From positions 25,984,001-26,048,000 of the forward strand of contig CP068257.2 of the NCBI GenBank assembly GCA_009914755.4: DNA of 64,000 nucleotides. Reading direction: 5' to 3'. The position numbers and the translations under genes were made by a program. The number at the start of each line of letters is the position of its first letter. The stretch's first letter is position 1. Shown piece after piece: positions 56,201-64,000 of the stretch. This DNA is from the human T2T-CHM13v2.0 reference genome, Homo sapiens. A model generated the notes under the pieces. That model saw only the letters and a program-made list of their open reading frames with translations, did not search any database and had not been told where the DNA came from.

Positions 56201-59200
56201 AACATATTCATGAAGTGCAAGAGCTGTTGCCAAGTCTCATGAATATTCTCAAATATATTCTCCTGAAGGAAAAAAATGACGCAAGGGGAAACAATATGAA
56301 ACAGACTTTATAGAAATTAATATACACTCCAAGCCAACAGAAGGATTACAGATCATGCCTTCAGCCACAGAAAGTACAAGAAGAAGCATCTGAGGGAACA
56401 GTGGGCAGAGTAAATGCTGTGGAGTTACAAAAGAAATGTCTATAAGTCAACCCTGCAGGTAATAAAATAGGTTCTGCATAGTGGTATTTGTTTGTCCTTA
56501 AGCTCCACTCACCTATGTGTTTAAAATTTGTATATCTGTTTTATATCAATTTATTTTATTCAAGTCCGTATCAACATGGATTCTAAAAACTGGCTTCACA
56601 GCTATTTCTGCTAACTTCCTGAAAAGCCTGATTTTTGTCTAGAAAACAAATAGAATAAACTCACATTTCTCTCCTCTGGTCTTCTCGTATCAATGGCATA
56701 GCACTATGTTCAATGTTGTCATAGGGACCACCTCTTACACTCTCACAGTGACCTCTGTTGCAAAAGGGAACCAATATTGTCCTGAATCCCTAAAAACACA
56801 CCAGGGACAGGGCTGTGCTTTCTAAGAAGATTTGACAAAACCAAGAAAAAAAAAGAAATTAAAAGAAAAAGTAGCTTATCACTATTATTATGTACTCTTA
56901 AAATCCAGAGTTCTAGGGTGTACCTCATCATCCCTGATTAGAACCTGGTAGTTTTCTATGTAGTAGTGGCCAACTCAGCCTGACCAACAGGAATGCATTC
57001 CTGAAACTCCCTGCTCTTCTTTAATGATAAAAGATTTTATTACTTGTCCAAGTTCAAGTCCCATCCCATTTTCTTCTCAAGATATAAATAATTCATGATT
57101 AATAATAAAACAATTTCCTTGGAGAATCTCTCCCAACAGAAAATTGGCTGTATCCAAGGCACAGTAAACAAACATAGTAGTTGAAAGTACATTATGCCAA
57201 GTTTGTGTTTATTATCTTAATGACACTATAGGTACCTCACCCTCAGTTGGCCTAGATTTTTGATAACCAGAATGGGGCATCTCCTTTACATGATATTTCT
57301 CCTAAAGTTAAATAAAAGTAAAATTAGACATAAAAGTCCTTGTTGCTAAGATCTGGTTTTCTTCTACTGTCTACTTTGAGTAAATGCAGAGACTAAGACA
57401 AACAAACAAATAGGACTAAAAATATATTGCTAAAAATCTATTTTTGATCTTTATAGTACTTTAAATCTCCATTTGGGAACTCTTTTTTTCAAACAATTTT
57501 TTAAAAACAATTATATTATTTTTAAAAAATGGTTTAAAGTTGATGAAGTTATGGTTTATGCTCAATAATAGTTTATAATCAAGTTATTTCACTCAACTTT
57601 TATTGGTGAACAGAATACTTAACATTGTCTTATAAAGCCTCTATGTGGGTTCCTATTTTAGTATGTTCTACCTTATATGTGGATGATATTAAGCAACTCT
57701 TCTCTCAAAATAAAGGTATACACTCCTCTAAAGACAAACGTTGATACCCTGAAAGCAGAAACAAATTTACCTCTGTCCTAATGGTGGTTTTCTGGCCACA
57801 AATCCTACTACAAGTTACCCATAGTAACTTCAAGCAATTCATAGCAATATCCGAGTTGCCAATAGATTATCAGAAGGCACAGTACTGTGAGTCATTCTTC
57901 TGGAATGCTAAGACAGAAATGTGAAAAATAAATTTACTAAAAATGAGCTGAGATATTGAAACCCTTCAGGAGAAACAGACAATGGACCTGAGATATCAGG
58001 AGCTCTTTTGAAGATGGCCTACCAAAGTTATCAAAAATCAACTTAACTTCAGGAAAGCCATGCAAAAAGGAGAGTTGGGCCTTAGAATTCCTATGTTAAG
58101 TAGCTGTTGGATGAGATAAGTGAATATGAAATAATTCAATGCTTACTACCTAGAGGCTTCAGTCCTGCCCTATAGTGAGTGATATGACCTTTGAGGGAAT
58201 TCACTGTGTTAAATTGTCATGCTTACTGATGAGCTCAAAACTGTCTAATAATCTTCTGAGTAGACTGATACCAAGTGTACTTCATGATAGTATTTTGACA
58301 CTGAATACCTAGGTGAACTTAAGAAGGCCTTTGGTGATCACTGCAGGCGTCCTCTGATTACAGATGGTATGTAAAGGAATAGGGCTAGATAAAAATTTTA
58401 AGGAGGGCCAAAAGACAAGAGAAGGGGACACAGGACTGTATTTTGAGGCACTTTAGAAGTTAGAGGTCAAGGAGAGAAGGAGGAATCAGGAGGAAACTGA
58501 AAAAGAAACACCTATTGATGTGGAAATATAATCAAAAGAATGTGGTATACTGAAAACCAAAGGAAAGTTGTATTTTAAAAAGATAGGAGAAATCGCCTGT
58601 GTCAAATGTCACCTAATACAATAAAATAGAATATTGCAAGAAAGAGCGTGGTGTAAGGGGGTAGTTATTTTTGGCTGATCTCTGTTCTGATTGGCTAACA
58701 CCCATGCCACACCCTAAAAGGCAACGTTAGTCCAACTTTTCTGGAATTTGGGCGAGAAGTGCACAGGGAAGTTAGAGTTGGTTTTAAGCCTACTCTACCT
58801 TGTCCCAAAGATGTCATGTTGTCAACATCTTCAGTGGCAAGATTACGTGGAGACAGTGGAAGAATGACTAGGAAGGGAAAGAAAAAAGAAATAGGGCAAG
58901 GGATAGTTTAGCTTGTACATACATCAATATTTCATTCCTTTATAAGAAATTACCAAAGGAAATGAAATAGAAGTTTTTCTCTATTTTTGCTTTTCCTAAA
59001 TACTAAGAATTAAATTCCTTGTTAAAACTAAACTATATCAAAAGAGAAATACATAGAGAATAATAAGTATTTGAGGAGCTCATTGATATTGACACCTATT
59101 AATCATCCTAAATATCTAAGGACAATACACAATTGTGTTTTTATGACTGATTAAATTTCAAGGTGATTACTTCAGAATAGATTGTGTGTTGTTGTATTTT

Positions 59201-59914
59201 TTAAAAATTATATGCTACATTTGGTGCACAGTCATTTCCCATTCTTCATATGGCACATGGCGCTTTCTTTAATGACACATGTGGGCTGGGAAATGTCTCA
59301 ATGAATGGAAGGTGCAATTCCAGTCATTTAATACACCCTGCTGCCAGTCAGTGCATGTTGCTTTTTGCCATTCACTTAAAAATTCCCTTTTGTTTTATCA
59401 ACAACTTCACCTCCGCTAAAAACAGGTTGTCAAGAATGACTACACCTGGCATTTTATTCATAAGGAAATTTCACATTACATCACAGTATTTGGAAAGAGA
59501 ATGTGGAAAGTTGATATTCTCTCTAATCCTTGTGCTTTACTTCACTTTTTTACGTGAAAAGTACTGTTAACAAGTATTTTCATGATTGGCATCAGCAGTC
59601 AGGCTGTAAGAAGTTAAGCATCCAGCACATCTCAACTGTGTAGCCATTGATCCAAATGCTCTCCTTTCCCCCTGAAAAAAGTAGGGGTCACAATCTGGTT
59701 ATGTGGCAGTTATCTTCATGACCAAGCCAATTCATGGTGACAGACTATTCTATTCCATTAATTTCTAACCCAACATGAGGCTGTAGGTGGTGGAAATCAG
59801 GTTACATTTTTAGATATACAATAAAACCCATTTTTTAGAGCTAACTTACTCATAATTAGTATTATCTAGATAAGAGCTAGGATGAGAATTTATCTCTACA
59901 AAAAAAATGTTTTT

Positions 59915-60082
59915 TAATTAGCTGGGCATGGTGGTGCACACTTGTAGTCTGAGCTACTCTGAGGGTTGAGGCAAGAGAATCCTTTGAGCCCAGAGGGTTG
60001 AGAATCTAGTGAGCCATGATTGATCATACCCCTGCACTCTAGCCTGGGCAACACAGTGAGACCCTGTCTTAAAAAGAAAAAC
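59915..60082 (+). mobile_element. Alu right-arm fragment (5'-truncated Alu), plus strand
   Basis: ttagctgggcatggtggtgcacacttgtagtctgagctactctgagggttgaggcaagagaatcctttgagcccagagggttgagaatctagtgagccatgattgatcatacccctgcactctagcctgggcaacacagtgagaccctgtcttaaaaag. Confidence 0.85.
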
Positions 60083-60192
60083 AGACTACCCAATTAATAG
60101 CGCAAACAAAATTTCAGGGGTAAGATATCTGTATTTATTCTATCCATATATAATAGAAAATCCATTTGCTCAAGTAAAAATTTTAGTTGTGA

Positions 60193-60630
<438 letters not shown>

Positions 60631-61139
60631 TAATATTTGGGGCACACTTTCTAGGAAGAAATCAGTAGCGAAATAGATTCTTAGTAATTGAATCTAATTA
60701 CTCAGATAAATTTATCACACACTTGTAAATCACTGAGAAGCAATAGGAATTGGCTGAAGACTCTAGACTTGGAATTAGGAAGCTTGGCTTCAGACCTGAA
60801 GATTTTCTGGATTATTTTTTGACCTTGATAAAGTACTCATAACATCTCAAGCCTTTTTGTAAAGAGAGGAGTAGTTTTCATGATCATTAACCTTTTTGGA
60901 TTGTGAAAATTTCTGAGTCTAGGATGAAAGCTAATGACCCATTTACCCAGAAAAACACAAGAAAGTACAAACCCAAGGTTTAAGGATACTCAAGGCAACC
61001 AAAAACAACACTGCCAGTTAGTTTTTCTGTGCATATACATTTATTTGTGTATGTTCTACAAAATATATTTTATATGTATAGTTTTGTACCTTTCTATATG
61101 TTCCATTTACAGTCCTGTAACTTTTTTTCTTTCATAATG

Positions 61140-64000
<2,861 letters not shown>

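Noticed and set aside
59250-59570. 106-aa ORF (MAHGAFFNDTCGLGNVSMNG…)
   Set aside because: No recognisable domain, no flanking splice consensus pairing, and it is an isolated ORF in unique AT-rich DNA. There is insufficient evidence to call an exon.

Overview
This window is primate nuclear genomic DNA, most likely human. It is not a prokaryotic or viral locus. There are no operons, CRISPR arrays or defence-type gene systems, and no host protein-coding exon can be supported from sequence alone. The window is AT-rich and CpG-poor. Its identifiable content is interspersed repeats: 12 Alu SINEs (several with clean target-site duplications), many L1 LINE fragments in both orientations, several MaLR/ERVL-type solo LTRs, a MIR fragment and assorted microsatellites. 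Among the L1 fragments, a young L1PA-like ORF2 segment is embedded non-collinearly inside an older L1. The locus-specific features that stand out most are (i) a ~1.9 kb AT-rich minisatellite at 1407-3320, about 60 units of 29/33 bp with higher-order organisation, and (ii) a perfect 98-bp AT-rich palindrome at 3321-3418 that directly abuts it. A second (TA)n-centred inverted-repeat and duplication patchwork lies at 31.8-33.5 kb. All long ORFs in the six-frame track are explained by tandem-repeat periodicity, Alu sequence or decayed L1 ORF2. The hinted novel biological system is not supported. What is worth following up here is structural and instability-related, not coding.
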